A DNA stretch of 64,000 bases from Bdellovibrionales bacterium (GCA_027317865.1 DAHVQG010000005.1:136209-200208); one strand, 5' to 3'; positions 38,822 to 49,913 are shown, counted from the first letter of the stretch. Notes: generated by a model not told the origin, from the sequence alone. Made by a program: numbers and translations.

Positions 38822-39757
38822 ATGCAAAACGCAAAAAAGAAGGTTGTTCTTCTTCAGGGCGGATTGAGTGCCGAGCGTGAGGTGAGTCTCTCGACGGGGC
38901 GCGGTTTTGCCCAAGCGCTTGTTGAGCTGGGTTATCCTTTTGAAGTTATCGACTGTAAAGAAGATTTGCTTACGCGAATAACTCAAGCCAAAGAAAATGG
39001 TGCCGAAGTGGCGCTTCTCGCGCTTCACGGTAAATATGCTGAAGACGGCATCGTGCAAAGTATTTGCGAGTACATAAAACTACCGTACAGCGGGAGCGGA
39101 GTTCTCGCTTCGGCGCTCTGCATGGATAAAATCTTTACCAAAGAAGTTTTAAGCAATCATAAAATCCCGATCGCCAAACATCAGCTCGCGCATAAAAGCG
39201 AAATTGCGCAATTTCAGTTGGAGTTGCCGTTACCCGTAGTTGTAAAACCCTCGCGTGAAGGTTCAAGCGTTGGCGTTACAATTGTTCAGGACCAATCGCA
39301 ACTAAGGAGCGCGCTAGATGAGGCGGCCAATCACGACCAATATATTTTGGTTGAAGAATTCATTTCTGGTGTTGAAGTGACAGTTCCGATTCTTGACGAA
39401 AAGGCGCTCACGCCGATTGAAATTGTGCCCAAGACCGATTTTTACGACTACAAAAATAAATATACGGCCGGGCGAACGGATTATATTTTGCCGGCACGGC
39501 TTTCTGAGCGCACGTTGAAACTCACTTGCGATTATGCATTACAGGCATTTCATGCGTGTCGTGTGCGCTGCTACGGGCGCGTTGATTTTCGAATAACGAC
39601 TGACGGCCGGCCCTATGTGCTCGAAGTTAATACTCTGCCGGGATGTACGCCAACGTCATTGCTCCCGAAATCGGCCCTGCACAGTGGAGTTTCGTTTAAT
39701 CGCCTCGTTGAAATTCTCGTGGAGCGTGCAACTCTCGATTACAAGGGAGTGAAATGA
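38822..39757 (+). CDS. ddl: D-alanine--D-alanine ligase
   Basis: GG.S.EREVSL, LHG...EDG, KP..EGSSVG, YDY..KY, EVNT.PG.T..SL.P. Confidence 0.96.
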   Translation: MQNAKKKVVLLQGGLSAEREVSLSTGRGFAQALVELGYPFEVIDCKEDLLTRITQAKENGAEVALLALHGKYAEDGIVQSICEYIKLPYSGSGVLASALCMDKIFTKEVLSNHKIPIAKHQLAHKSEIAQFQLELPLPVVVKPSREGSSVGVTIVQDQSQLRSALDEAANHDQYILVEEFISGVEVTVPILDEKALTPIEIVPKTDFYDYKNKYTAGRTDYILPARLSERTLKLTCDYALQAFHACRVRCYGRVDFRITTDGRPYVLEVNTLPGCTPTSLLPKSALHSGVSFNRLVEILVERATLDYKGVK

Positions 39758-40518
39758 ACGACTCGCGCGGGCGAAATAAATTTTCGGTTGCCGTGAAAGT
39801 TGTGGTGTCGCTTCTCGCTGTTTCGTCTATTGTTTATGCGATTTTTGCACTTATTACGTCGTCCGTGTTTCGTATTCAATCGCTCGACATCTTACCGGTT
39901 AGAGAACCGAACGTAACAAGTTTTGATAAGGTGAAAGAGGCATTGCGCGTTCGTTTGCACCCGCTTCTGGGTCAGTACATATGGCATGTGGATCTAGAAT
40001 CTGTACTTACCGAAGTCGAAAAAAATCAACTTGTGAAAAGCGCGAAGATCCGGCGTATTTTGCCTAACCATTTGCAAATTGATGTGACCTTGCATGTACC
40101 AATTGCCAGCGTAATGGGACGACGGACCAGTGAAGTCTTTCCGCTGGCGCGTGACGGGGACCTTTTGCCGCCGCTGAGTTTGAACGACGCTATTAACGGC
40201 CCGATTCTGAGTGGAATGAAATTTCTGATTCATCCCAAGCTTCGTAAAGAAGCCGTTAAGCTTTTGCTTGCGCTACCCAAAAAAGGTTGGCTTAGTTTGC
40301 GCAATATTTCTGAAATATATTTTGATAAAACGCGCGGCTTTGCGATGACCGTGAGCCCATCAGGCGCCGACGTTTGGCTCGGTTCGAAAAATTTTGCGCA
40401 ACACGAATTGCATGCACAACGTGTGCTGAACTATCTTGCGGATCGGCACCTGACTGGACGCATTATCGATGCGCGACTTGACGAAAAAGTTGTTGTCAAG
40501 CTGCGTAATGCTCCCTAG
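39754..40518 (+). CDS. ftsQ: Cell division protein FtsQ/DivIB
   Basis: Single TM, POTRA-like VKSAKIRR.LPN.L.I, C-terminal IDAR; lies between ddl and ftsA. Confidence 0.85.
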   Translation: MNDSRGRNKFSVAVKVVVSLLAVSSIVYAIFALITSSVFRIQSLDILPVREPNVTSFDKVKEALRVRLHPLLGQYIWHVDLESVLTEVEKNQLVKSAKIRRILPNHLQIDVTLHVPIASVMGRRTSEVFPLARDGDLLPPLSLNDAINGPILSGMKFLIHPKLRKEAVKLLLALPKKGWLSLRNISEIYFDKTRGFAMTVSPSGADVWLGSKNFAQHELHAQRVLNYLADRHLTGRIIDARLDEKVVVKLRNAP

Positions 40519-40577
40519 GCTTAAATAGAGGCTTTCAATGGATGAAAGTCGCACGCCGTTGAACAACGACCGAGGAC

Positions 40578-41864
40578 ATGATGTCGACGATAGCTCCACG
40601 CCAGCACAGCCTGATTTGTGGTCTTGATATTGGGACGACGAAAGTCGCTTTCGCAATCGCCAGTGCTACTTCCAAAGGTCTTGAAATTTTAGGTCTCGGC
40701 CAAGTCGCCCATCAGGGTTCACGTCATGGTGTGATCGTGAATATTGAATCGGCAGCAGAAGCGATTCGCAAAGCTCGAGAAGAAGCGGAATTGATGTCCG
40801 GTCTTCGTGCTGATTCAGTTTGGGTCTCGATAGGCGGAACGCATATTCAATCTTTTGATTCGCATGGGATGGTTGCTGTCGCGTCGCGATCTGGCCGCGT
40901 CCCGACAGCTAATAACGGCCGAGAAGTGACGGCCGAAGACATTACACGTGTCATCGAAGCCGCCAAAGCTGTTGCGCTCCCGTCTGACCGGCAAGTGCTT
41001 CATGTGCTGCCCAAAGATTTTAAACTGGATGGACAAGAAGGTATCGCCGATCCAACCGGCATGAGCGGCGTTCGCCTTGAATCTGCGGTTCATATCATTT
41101 CGGGCAATCAAGCGATCATTCAAAATGTTATCAAATGCGTGGAAAAGACCGGTCTTAGGGTGTCGGGTCTTGTCTTGACACAACTCGCTTCAGCGCTTGC
41201 GGTTTTAAGTGAAGACGAAAAAAATTTGGGGGTCGCCGTTGTTGATATCGGCGGCGGCACTTGTGACATAATCACGTTCGTGCGCAATCATGCGACACAC
41301 ACCGCGTGCATACCTGTCGGCGGGCAAAATTTCACTCACGATGTGGCACTCGGCCTTCGCACGACGCAAGTGAATGCCGAAGAGATTAAAAAGAAACACG
41401 GGCATACTGTCCCGGCTGCAGCTGATGATGGCGAAAGCATTGAAGTTGAAACCGTCGGCGGGCGTGCCCCAAGATCAGTGGGGCGGGCCAATTTGGCGCG
41501 CATATTAGAGGCGCGGGCCGATGAAACGCTCAGACTTTTGCACAAAGAATTAACTGAAAAAAGTTTTAATTCAAAACTTGGTTCTGGGGTGGTGCTTACC
41601 GGTGGTGGAGCAGAACTCCAAGGGTTTATTGATATGGGAGATTTTATTTTTGATATGCCCGTACGCAAAGGTGTACCTCGCCGTTTGAGCGGTCTGACTG
41701 ATGTCGTCAGTCAATCGGCATTTGCAACAGTTGTCGGACTTTTGTGTTACGGTTACGAAGTCGAGAAGGCATCTATTATCGGTCGAGAAATTAATCCAGG
41801 AATTAAAGTTCGTTTTGAAGGATGGGGTCAACGAATTAAGGACTTTATCGCGAAGTCAATTTAG
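40578..41864 (+). CDS. ftsA: Cell division protein FtsA
   Basis: GLDIGTTK, G.SGVRLE, VDIGGGT, GVVLTGGG. Confidence 0.96.
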   Translation: MMSTIAPRQHSLICGLDIGTTKVAFAIASATSKGLEILGLGQVAHQGSRHGVIVNIESAAEAIRKAREEAELMSGLRADSVWVSIGGTHIQSFDSHGMVAVASRSGRVPTANNGREVTAEDITRVIEAAKAVALPSDRQVLHVLPKDFKLDGQEGIADPTGMSGVRLESAVHIISGNQAIIQNVIKCVEKTGLRVSGLVLTQLASALAVLSEDEKNLGVAVVDIGGGTCDIITFVRNHATHTACIPVGGQNFTHDVALGLRTTQVNAEEIKKKHGHTVPAAADDGESIEVETVGGRAPRSVGRANLARILEARADETLRLLHKELTEKSFNSKLGSGVVLTGGGAELQGFIDMGDFIFDMPVRKGVPRRLSGLTDVVSQSAFATVVGLLCYGYEVEKASIIGREINPGIKVRFEGWGQRIKDFIAKSI

Positions 41865-41873
41865 GGAGGATCC

Positions 41874-43418
41874 ATGTTTGAGCTCGAAGAAACTTCAAGT
41901 GTGGGCGCCAACATTAAAGTAGTGGGTGTTGGAGGCGGCGGCGGAAACGCCGTTCAAACGATGATTGAGGGCGGACTAAACGGTGTTGAATTTTTGGTTG
42001 CTAACACCGATCGCCAGGCCCTCGGGGCAAACAAGGCCAGCAAAAAAATTCAGTTAGGCAGTGAACTCACAAAGGGCCTCGGCGCTGGCGCGAATCCTGA
42101 AATAGGCAAACGTGCCGCAATCGAATCGTACAATGATATTATGGAGAGTCTTGAAAACGCCGACATGGTTTTTGTTACGGCAGGCATGGGTGGCGGAACT
42201 GGAACCGGCGGAGCCCCGATTGTGGCAAAGATTGCCAAAGAACTTGGTGCGCTCACCATTGGCGTTGTTACCCGGCCATTTATGTTCGAAGGTAAGAAAC
42301 GGAAAAAACACGCCGATCTTGGCATCGCCGAACTTCGCGAAAACGTCGATACGCTCATTGTCATACCTAACCAAAAATTATTGACGGTTGCGAGCGAAAA
42401 AACACCGCTCCTTGAGACCTTCAAAAAAGCCGACGAAGTGCTATTGCAAGCGGTGAAAGGTATTTCCGATCTTATTAACATTCGCGGGCTCATCAATTTG
42501 GACTTTGCCGATATTCGCACGGTTATGGTGAACAAAGGTATGGCAATTATGGGCACCGGTATAGCTCGCGGAGACAATCGAGCCGTTGAAGCCGCCTCGC
42601 AAGCTATTTCATCGCCACTTCTTGAGAATATTTCTATCGAAGGTGCAACCGGCATCATTATTAACGTAACCGGCGGGCCGGATCTCACTCTTTGGGAGGT
42701 CAACGAAGCGTCGACACTTGTTACCGAAGCTGCCCATGAAGACGCCGAAGTTATTTTTGGCGCGGTTATAAATCCGGATATGAAAGATGATATCCATGTG
42801 ACGGTCATTGCAACCGGATTTCAAAATCAGCCTACAGAGGTGGCATCAGAACAAATTCAACGCATGCAAGCCGCAGCTCAGGCACAACTTGACAGCATGA
42901 CCCAGGCTGAAATTTATCGAAATTTTATGAGCCAAAATTTGGTTAAAAAATCACCCGCCGTATCACATGATGTATTGTCTGGCCATTTGCACACTCCTAT
43001 GGCGCCGGCACAAACCGTTTCGTCCCCGGCATTTTCGACACCTCCTTCTGCGCCTGTTGCAACAGCAGCGCCGGCACCAATGCCTAAAACAATTCCAACT
43101 CCGTCGCATGATGAAGGTGTGGGTTTGCCCGTGCAAGGTGATATGTTATCGCCGCTACCACCGCAAGAACCGGAGTCCGAGCATAAAATGTTGCCGCGCG
43201 ATCTTTTGATTGCGAAAGCGAAGGCTTATCGAGAGGCTAAAGGTCGTGTTGACGCTGAACAATTATCTATGGCTTTTCATGACGAACTCGCATCGAAACA
43301 AGCCGAAGGCGAATTGGCTCGCGACAGCAAAGACGCGGCAAAATCTCCGTTTGGATCAGACAATCTTGATATACCGGCCTATTTGCGCAGACAAATGGAA
43401 GGGGATATAACACCCTAA
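41874..43418 (+). CDS. ftsZ: Cell division protein FtsZ
   Basis: [25 protein letters not shown]-terminal LDIPAYLRR peptide. Confidence 0.98.
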   Translation: MFELEETSSVGANIKVVGVGGGGGNAVQTMIEGGLNGVEFLVANTDRQALGANKASKKIQLGSELTKGLGAGANPEIGKRAAIESYNDIMESLENADMVFVTAGMGGGTGTGGAPIVAKIAKELGALTIGVVTRPFMFEGKKRKKHADLGIAELRENVDTLIVIPNQKLLTVASEKTPLLETFKKADEVLLQAVKGISDLINIRGLINLDFADIRTVMVNKGMAIMGTGIARGDNRAVEAASQAISSPLLENISIEGATGIIINVTGGPDLTLWEVNEASTLVTEAAHEDAEVIFGAVINPDMKDDIHVTVIATGFQNQPTEVASEQIQRMQAAAQAQLDSMTQAEIYRNFMSQNLVKKSPAVSHDVLSGHLHTPMAPAQTVSSPAFSTPPSAPVATAAPAPMPKTIPTPSHDEGVGLPVQGDMLSPLPPQEPESEHKMLPRDLLIAKAKAYREAKGRVDAEQLSMAFHDELASKQAEGELARDSKDAAKSPFGSDNLDIPAYLRRQMEGDITP

Positions 43419-43448
43419 TTGAGTCTAAGAATATTTTCGGCTTAAGCG

Positions 43449-43474
43449 ATTGCGAGCGGATTTCTTGCAATTTT
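43449..43474 (+). terminator. Possible weak intrinsic terminator after ftsZ
   Basis: ATTGCGAG-N7-CTTGCAAT stem followed by only a short T run. Confidence 0.3.
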
Positions 43475-43502
43475 AGCTCCAGAGCTTAAACTCGACTCGT
43501 CC

Positions 43503-44255
43503 ATGAAAGCGTATTTTTTATCGGATATTCATTTGCAATCTATCGAGGAGCCGAACGCAAAACGGCTCCTTAGTTTTTTGCAGTCGCTCAATTCGCCTGA
43601 AGACATCACCCATCTTTTTTTATTGGGTGATATTTTTGATTTGTGGATAGCCGATCATTTTTATTTCATTCAGAAATTTGTCGATATTAGCAGTGAATTC
43701 AAGCGGCTAAAAGAACTTGGCGTTGAAATTCATTATTTTGAAGGCAACCACGATCTTTACTTAGAGCACTACTTTGGCCAGGAGTTGCAGATTCAAATTC
43801 ACACTAAGCCAGAATATTTTCAGCTCGGGCGTTTTCGCGTTCGGGTCGAACACGGCGATCAAATGGATCCGGCTGATCGCGGGTATCGTTTTTTGCGATG
43901 GCTTTTAAGATCTCGTGTTATGACTTGGCTCGCTCCGCGACTGCCGAGCCGCTTAATTGTTTGGTTAGGTGAAAGGATGAGCGGCGCAAGCCGTAAATAC
44001 ACGTCGTCGCTAAAAACCATATCTTCAGAACAGGCAATGGAAGTCATTCGCCTCCACGCGCTTCGAGTTTTCGTAGAAAGGCCGTTTGATTTTCTCATTT
44101 GTGGCCATGTTCACGTCAATTTTGATTATATTTTGCCCGAAAGCGACCAAGCCAGGGTTTTAAATTTAGGCTCGTGGCATGAGCGCCCGCGTGCCGCTTT
44201 GCTCTCCGACAATGGGCTCAATCCGGATGTCGCGTTTTTTAAATCATCGCACTAG
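43503..44255 (+). CDS. lpxH: UDP-2,3-diacylglucosamine diphosphatase
   Basis: SDIHL, LGDIFDLW, GNHD, HGD, Y..LR, GH.H, LGSW. Confidence 0.82.
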   Translation: MKAYFLSDIHLQSIEEPNAKRLLSFLQSLNSPEDITHLFLLGDIFDLWIADHFYFIQKFVDISSEFKRLKELGVEIHYFEGNHDLYLEHYFGQELQIQIHTKPEYFQLGRFRVRVEHGDQMDPADRGYRFLRWLLRSRVMTWLAPRLPSRLIVWLGERMSGASRKYTSSLKTISSEQAMEVIRLHALRVFVERPFDFLICGHVHVNFDYILPESDQARVLNLGSWHERPRAALLSDNGLNPDVAFFKSSH

Positions 44256-46048
44256 TGTCGCGGCACTAGCCGTAACAAGTCGGCGGCATTTGCAAGCGAG
44301 CTTTTCGTAATTTTTTCTCCAGAAAGCATGCGAGCGATCTCGCGTACGCGTTTTTCATGCGAAAGTTCATCAACTGACATTCGAACGCCGCTTGGTTTCG
44401 TGCCAGCGCGCAGTTCAGAGTAGGCGCTTTTATCCTGAGAATCGTCGACGATCTTTTGAATAACAAAATGCGTCTGCGCAAAGGCGGCCACTTGCGGCAA
44501 GTGAGTGACGCAAATAATTTGTTGGCCCGCAGCAATCTCAGCTAGTTTACGGCCGACCTTTTCTGCTGTGACGCCGCTGATACCGGCGTCCACCTCATCA
44601 AAAATAAATGTCTGTGGGAGAGCGCTTGTATGATTTGCTGCGCTCCTGACGTGCGATTGGGCGACGGCGCGTTTCAGTGCTAGCAAAATGCGGCTGAGTT
44701 CGCCTCCTGAAGCAAATTTAGCAAGAGCACGCGGCTCATCGTCTTTAGAGTTTTGAATTTGAAATTCAACATCACTTGAGCCGGACGGCGTAAATTCGTC
44801 TAGCGCATTCACCTGAATGCTAAACAATAGACCCTTCATGTTCAAATCGGCCAGTTCGGCGTTGACGTTTTTAGCAAAAATCGCGGCGCCCTTACGGCGC
44901 TTTGCGTGAAGGTCGGCCGCGAGTCGCTTAAGCTCAAGTTCTTTCTGGCTCGTTAATTTTTCAAGCCGTTTGATTTCATCGTCGGAGCGTTCAAGTTGCG
45001 AAATCTCGCTTTCGATTTGCTCCAAAGCTTGCAAGACAGACTCCGTCGTACCGCCGTACTTCTTTTGCAGTTTTCGAATTTGGCTAACTCGCTTTTCTAA
45101 ATCATCCAAAATAGCGGGGTCTTGCGAAAACTTTTGCCCGTATTCGCGTAACTGGTAAACCGCGTCTTCGATGAGTGTCTTTGCCTGCGTTAACACTTCG
45201 AGATTTTGCGCCAGGGTTGCGTCGATGTTTGCAAAAATTTGCCCCTGCTGTATCACCCGATGGAGCCGCACGAGTGCCGATTCGTCATCGCTGTAAAGAG
45301 CCGACTCGCCGGCAGCAATAAATTCTAACAGCCGTTTTGAATCTTTTTGGAGTTGCAGCTTTGCCGCGAGCGAGTCATCGTCCTGCGCATTGAGCTCAAC
45401 TGAACGAATTTCGTCTCGTTGAAAAGTTAAAAAATCAAGTCGCTGTTCCCGAGCGTTCGCTAAATTTTTTAAGTTGGCTAGGTCGGTAGTTATGCGCAGG
45501 TGCTCTTGATACAATTTATTAAAAGTCTGCCTAAGTGGTAGAGTGCCGATCGCTTCGTCGAGATTTTCAAGATGAAATGATTTGGACTGCAAATTGCGAT
45601 TTTCGTGTTGCCCGGTCATTTCAATAAGCGGGGTGGGGCGCCCCGTCAGTTCAATCAAGGGCGCAACAATTTCACGTAATTGTTGAAGCGTTGATAAACT
45701 GCCATTTATGTAGACGCGGTTTTTGCCGTCGTTCGCAATTATCCGCTTTACCACTAGAAGGTCGTCCACGTCAGAATCTTGATTGGCGTCTGAAATTCCG
45801 GTTGTCACCAAGCGTGATTTAATGTCCGGCCTTTTGGCTATGTCGAATAAACCTTCAACGGTTGCGCTGGTGGCGCCCGTTTTAATGGCGTCGCTCACTG
45901 ATTTTTCGCCCATTAAAAGCGCAAGACTTTTGAGAAGAACCGATTTTCCAGAACCCGTTTCGCCGCTGAGCACGTTAAAGCCAGGGCGAAAAACAATATT
46001 CACGCGATCGATAATAGCGAAATTTGCGACTCGAAGTTCGGTTAACAC
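44252..46048 (-). CDS. recN: DNA repair protein RecN
   Basis: NFAII, GETGSGKS, GQHE, ASGGELSR, FDEVDAG, THLPQVA, EIARMLSG. Confidence 0.97.
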   Translation of the reverse strand: MLTELRVANFAIIDRVNIVFRPGFNVLSGETGSGKSVLLKSLALLMGEKSVSDAIKTGATSATVEGLFDIAKRPDIKSRLVTTGISDANQDSDVDDLLVVKRIIANDGKNRVYINGSLSTLQQLREIVAPLIELTGRPTPLIEMTGQHENRNLQSKSFHLENLDEAIGTLPLRQTFNKLYQEHLRITTDLANLKNLANAREQRLDFLTFQRDEIRSVELNAQDDDSLAAKLQLQKDSKRLLEFIAAGESALYSDDESALVRLHRVIQQGQIFANIDATLAQNLEVLTQAKTLIEDAVYQLREYGQKFSQDPAILDDLEKRVSQIRKLQKKYGGTTESVLQALEQIESEISQLERSDDEIKRLEKLTSQKELELKRLAADLHAKRRKGAAIFAKNVNAELADLNMKGLLFSIQVNALDEFTPSGSSDVEFQIQNSKDDEPRALAKFASGGELSRILLALKRAVAQSHVRSAANHTSALPQTFIFDEVDAGISGVTAEKVGRKLAEIAAGQQIICVTHLPQVAAFAQTHFVIQKIVDDSQDKSAYSELRAGTKPSGVRMSVDELSHEKRVREIARMLSGEKITKSSLANAADLLRLVPRH

Positions 46049-46087
46049 GAGATTCCCTTCATATTTTGGCGTTCAAACAGCCCACTT

Positions 46088-46906
46088 TCAAAAAGCAAAA
46101 TGCAGCCCTTCACTTGCAAAAAGACCCATCTCATTGCCGTTGGTAAAAGTGTTCGGAACACTCAGATACTCAATCTCAAATGTCAGCGCGACGCGAATCG
46201 CTTGGCCGGTCGAATGCAACGAAAACCCCGCGAGCGGACCGCCAAAAAACGCATAACGATCATCGGAATACGGCGTGCCCGTCGGGCCACCATCGCGTAA
46301 TTGTGCGCGTAAATGGCTTGTCCCCGCTTCGAGGCCCGCGTAAACGCCGAACCAGCTAGCTGTGGCATGCCCCCACGAGTTGGCAAAAGTAAGCGTGTCG
46401 GCATTCAACGAGCTTACAAAAATATTGTTACCAAAGATACTGTCGCTTGAGCTGTTTGACCATGTGGCAGGATTATCTTCGTAACCGCTAGCCGACGTAT
46501 AACGAAAGCGCATGCCGGCGTAATTGTCACCCGCCTTTGTTTCAAAATAAGAGGGGCCATACCATTGATGTATAACGGCTAAACTGAATTCGCCGCCGCC
46601 AAAAACAGAAGCGTCAGCTTCTAATTCGGCATCGTAAGTTTTCGTAATTCCGCGTGCGACTCGAAAGCCCGTAAACATTTGCGGAAAGACACCCGCGCCG
46701 GGTTGAGAGCCAGACGGAAAATTTCGCGGTCCTACAGTTGGGCCAGCACCGTCCAGTAAGGCAACATCCCATTTTCCTTTACCCAGCGTCTGCGCCGAAT
46801 TGTCTTCATGAACCGGAATTGCAACCGCGCAACCAAATAGCGAAGCGCCGATGAGCCCCACGATCAGAATTTTCATTAAGGATTGAACGGATTTTGCCTC
46901 AGCCAT
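46088..46906 (-). CDS. Hypothetical lipoprotein, probable outer-membrane beta-barrel
   Basis: Lipobox LFGC, alternating amphipathic beta-strands, C-terminal GLHFAF. Confidence 0.6.
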   Translation of the reverse strand: MAEAKSVQSLMKILIVGLIGASLFGCAVAIPVHEDNSAQTLGKGKWDVALLDGAGPTVGPRNFPSGSQPGAGVFPQMFTGFRVARGITKTYDAELEADASVFGGGEFSLAVIHQWYGPSYFETKAGDNYAGMRFRYTSASGYEDNPATWSNSSSDSIFGNNIFVSSLNADTLTFANSWGHATASWFGVYAGLEAGTSHLRAQLRDGGPTGTPYSDDRYAFFGGPLAGFSLHSTGQAIRVALTFEIEYLSVPNTFTNGNEMGLFASEGLHFAF

Positions 46907-47809
46907 TTATCGCTCTCCGAATTTTAATTTTTCACGAAGCAAATCGAAATATCGGTGAGTTGGCCGTCTCAGCATGTAATGATTGCATTTTGCGCGAGTC
47001 ACAATCACTTCGTCCCCCGCGATCAAATTCCCCCCCGTTTGACCATCTACTGTGAGCAGTGCTTTTTGTTTTTTCTTTAGAAGTTTGAAGGTGAGAGCCT
47101 GATCATCCGGGAACAAAATTGGCCGGTGGGTAAGCGAATGCGGGCATATCGGAGTTACGACAAAAGCGCGAACATGGGGATGTAAAATTGGTCCGCCGGC
47201 GGATAAATTGTAGGCTGTTGAACCTGTAGGTGTTGCAATGACGATCCCATCGGCCTTGACGTCGCCAACCAAATTTTCTTTTGAGTACATTTCAATGCTG
47301 ATGAGTTGGCTGAATTGACCACGTTCAATCACCACGTCGTTGAGCGCTCGAGCTTCACTAATAATTTTGGAGTGACGGTGAACTTTTACGTCGATCATAG
47401 CACGCGGTCGCATTTCCATTTTTCCATCGAGAGTCATCTGCACGACAGAATACAAATCTTGTCTGCGATTTTCGGTAAGAAATCCAAGTGAGCCCATGTT
47501 CACGCCGAGAATCGGAATTTTCTGGCCGGCAAGCATTCGGACGGCGTGCAAATAGGTGCCGTCACCGCCCAAAACAATCACGAGGTCGACAGCCTTGAGC
47601 CAAGACTCTTTTACTTTTTTAACTTTATCGCTCAGTTTTTGCTGGGGATGGCTGAAGACTTGAATCGCACGCTTTCTCAACCACTCCGAGAGCTCAAATG
47701 CGCTTTTGACCGCGTTACTCGATTCTGGCCGATGCACGATTACCACTGATTTTATCTCGCGCTCAAAAGGAACGGGACGATAAGCATCAGACAAACATTT
47801 CTTGTTCAT
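46907..47809 (-). CDS. nadK: NAD kinase
   Basis: GGDGT, G.LGFL, LND, DG...ATPTGSTAYNLSAGGP. Confidence 0.96.
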   Translation of the reverse strand: MNKKCLSDAYRPVPFEREIKSVVIVHRPESSNAVKSAFELSEWLRKRAIQVFSHPQQKLSDKVKKVKESWLKAVDLVIVLGGDGTYLHAVRMLAGQKIPILGVNMGSLGFLTENRRQDLYSVVQMTLDGKMEMRPRAMIDVKVHRHSKIISEARALNDVVIERGQFSQLISIEMYSKENLVGDVKADGIVIATPTGSTAYNLSAGGPILHPHVRAFVVTPICPHSLTHRPILFPDDQALTFKLLKKKQKALLTVDGQTGGNLIAGDEVIVTRAKCNHYMLRRPTHRYFDLLREKLKFGER

Positions 47810-49857
47810 GTAACCTCATCGATAAGGCCGTCGCGACGTAATAACGCGTCGGGATCCGGTTCGCGACCGCGAAAGCGTATGTATAGCTCCATGGGATGTT
47901 CTGTTCCGCCGCGAGATAAAATATTTTCGCGAAATTTTTGTGCAACATCCTTGTTAAAGAGCCCGCACTCTTTAAAATATTCAAACGCGTCGGCGTCGAG
48001 ACTTTCAGCCCATTTGTAACTGTAATACCCGGCCGAATACCCGCCGCCAAAGATATGTGAAAAGCTGCACGTAATATTAATCCCTTCGACCTTGGGCAAA
48101 ACACGCAAACGGTCGGCAACTTGGTCTTCAAATTTTGCGACATCTGAGATTTTAGACGAGTCGGCTGTGTGCCAAGCCATATCGAGATTTGCCAGCATAA
48201 CCTGACGCAATGACTGATAGCCTGCCAAGTAGCGCGAACTATCTTTAATTTTTTTCACAAGGTCGGCGGGTATCAATTCGCCCGTTTTGTAATGGCGCGC
48301 GAATATATCCAGACTCTCTTTTTCTTTGATCCAATTTTCCATAATCTGTGAAGGCAACTCGACAAAATCCCAGTAGACATTCGTACCGGCAAGCGAGCGG
48401 TAACGGCAGCGAGATAATAGACTGTGAAGCGAGTGACCGAATTCATGAAAAAGCGTATTGACTTCGTCGAACGTAAGAAGTGACGGCTCATTTGCGGATG
48501 GTTTTGTAAAATTACAAACGACCGACACGTGGGGATGATCGACTTGTCCGTGAAATAAACCTTGCTCGAAATAATTGGTCATCCAGGCGCCGCCGCTCTT
48601 ACTTTCGCGCGGATAAAAATCGGCGTAAAAGAGGCCGACAAATTCATTCGTTTTTTCGTCGGTGACTTCGAATGTTTTTACGTCGGGGTGCCATACCGGG
48701 TACGCATCTGACTCCTTGAACATCAAACCGTACAACCGCCGCGCGTGTTCGAAAGCTCCTTTTACGACGTTTTCTAATTTAAAATACGGGCGCAGATCGT
48801 CTTGAGAAAACTCGAATCTTTTTTCTTTTAACCGTTCAGACCAATATGCAAAGTCCCATGGTTCAAGCGGTATCGGGGCGCCTTTAGATTTTGCGAAATC
48901 TTCGATTTCTTTCACATCGCGACGTGCCGCCGGCAGTGATGCCACTTCGATTCGTTTCAGAAATTGCATGACACGATCTGGGGACTCGGCCATGCGCCGT
49001 TCGAGCATGAACTCCGCATGATTTTTATAGCCCAAGAGTCGCGCTCGTTTCTCGCGCAATTTCAAAATTTGCAAAATAAGTTTTCGATTGTCAAAGTTGC
49101 CGCCAAATGCCCGCGAGCCGTAGGCGCGATACATTTTCTCGCGCGATGGCCGATGCGCTGCAAACTGCATAAATGGGATATAGCTCGGCATTTGAAGGGT
49201 AAAAAGCCACCCATCGAGATTTTTCTCTTTTGCGGCAGCGGCGGCGGCCGTCAATACGATGGCGGGCAAACCGGCAACTTCATCACGCTTAGTGAGGTGG
49301 AGAGTAAATTCGTTTGTCGCCTTTAATACGTTGTCAGAAAACTGCGGGCTGAGTTTTGATAGCTCTTCATCAATTTTTCTAAGTTCGGATTTTTTCTCAT
49401 CGTCGAGTAAAGCTCCGTTGCGAACAAAATCGAGATAATATTTTTCAAGTAGTTTTGATTCTTCAACGTTAAGATTAAGCTTCTCGCGAAGCTCATAAAG
49501 GCTCTTGATGCGCGCAAACAGTTTCGTATCAAGCAAGATATCGCTTGCGTAGTTTGCAAGTAGGGGGCCAATTTCAAGCGCTAAATTTTGAAGCTGATCA
49601 TTCGTGTGCGCATGTAGCAGGTTATAGAATGTGGTCGAAACCAAATCGGCGTCTTCACCCGCGGTTTCAAGCGCCACGATTGTGTTTTTAAACGTCGCAG
49701 GCTCAACGTCGTCGCGAATACGCGAAATTTGTTTTTTTGCCGCAGCTAAATTTTCTTTCAGTGCCGGCAAAAATATTTCAGGAGTGATTTTGTTAAACGC
49801 GAGAGCGTGATGGGGTAGATCCAAATACTTGAAGGGTTCTAAATTTTGTGACGCCAT
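47806..49857 (-). CDS. M3 family metallopeptidase (oligopeptidase A / Dcp-like)
   Basis: K.GGAW, TLFHEFGH, WDFVELPSQ.MENW, GGYSAGYYSY.WA. Confidence 0.95.
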   Translation of the reverse strand: MASQNLEPFKYLDLPHHALAFNKITPEIFLPALKENLAAAKKQISRIRDDVEPATFKNTIVALETAGEDADLVSTTFYNLLHAHTNDQLQNLALEIGPLLANYASDILLDTKLFARIKSLYELREKLNLNVEESKLLEKYYLDFVRNGALLDDEKKSELRKIDEELSKLSPQFSDNVLKATNEFTLHLTKRDEVAGLPAIVLTAAAAAAKEKNLDGWLFTLQMPSYIPFMQFAAHRPSREKMYRAYGSRAFGGNFDNRKLILQILKLREKRARLLGYKNHAEFMLERRMAESPDRVMQFLKRIEVASLPAARRDVKEIEDFAKSKGAPIPLEPWDFAYWSERLKEKRFEFSQDDLRPYFKLENVVKGAFEHARRLYGLMFKESDAYPVWHPDVKTFEVTDEKTNEFVGLFYADFYPRESKSGGAWMTNYFEQGLFHGQVDHPHVSVVCNFTKPSANEPSLLTFDEVNTLFHEFGHSLHSLLSRCRYRSLAGTNVYWDFVELPSQIMENWIKEKESLDIFARHYKTGELIPADLVKKIKDSSRYLAGYQSLRQVMLANLDMAWHTADSSKISDVAKFEDQVADRLRVLPKVEGINITCSFSHIFGGGYSAGYYSYKWAESLDADAFEYFKECGLFNKDVAQKFRENILSRGGTEHPMELYIRFRGREPDPDALLRRDGLIDEVT

Positions 49858-49913
49858 ATTTTCTTATATGGCGTCCTGAGTTCATGCGTCTATCAAAAAT
49901 TTTGAGCCGGTCT

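Noticed and set aside
42050-42808. 252-aa antisense ORF inside ftsZ, and similar shadow ORFs opposite trxB, speA, the ABC ATPase, the OmpR gene and the hydrolase
   Set aside because: They are fully overlapped by conserved genes and have no motifs; this is the expected codon-bias shadow.
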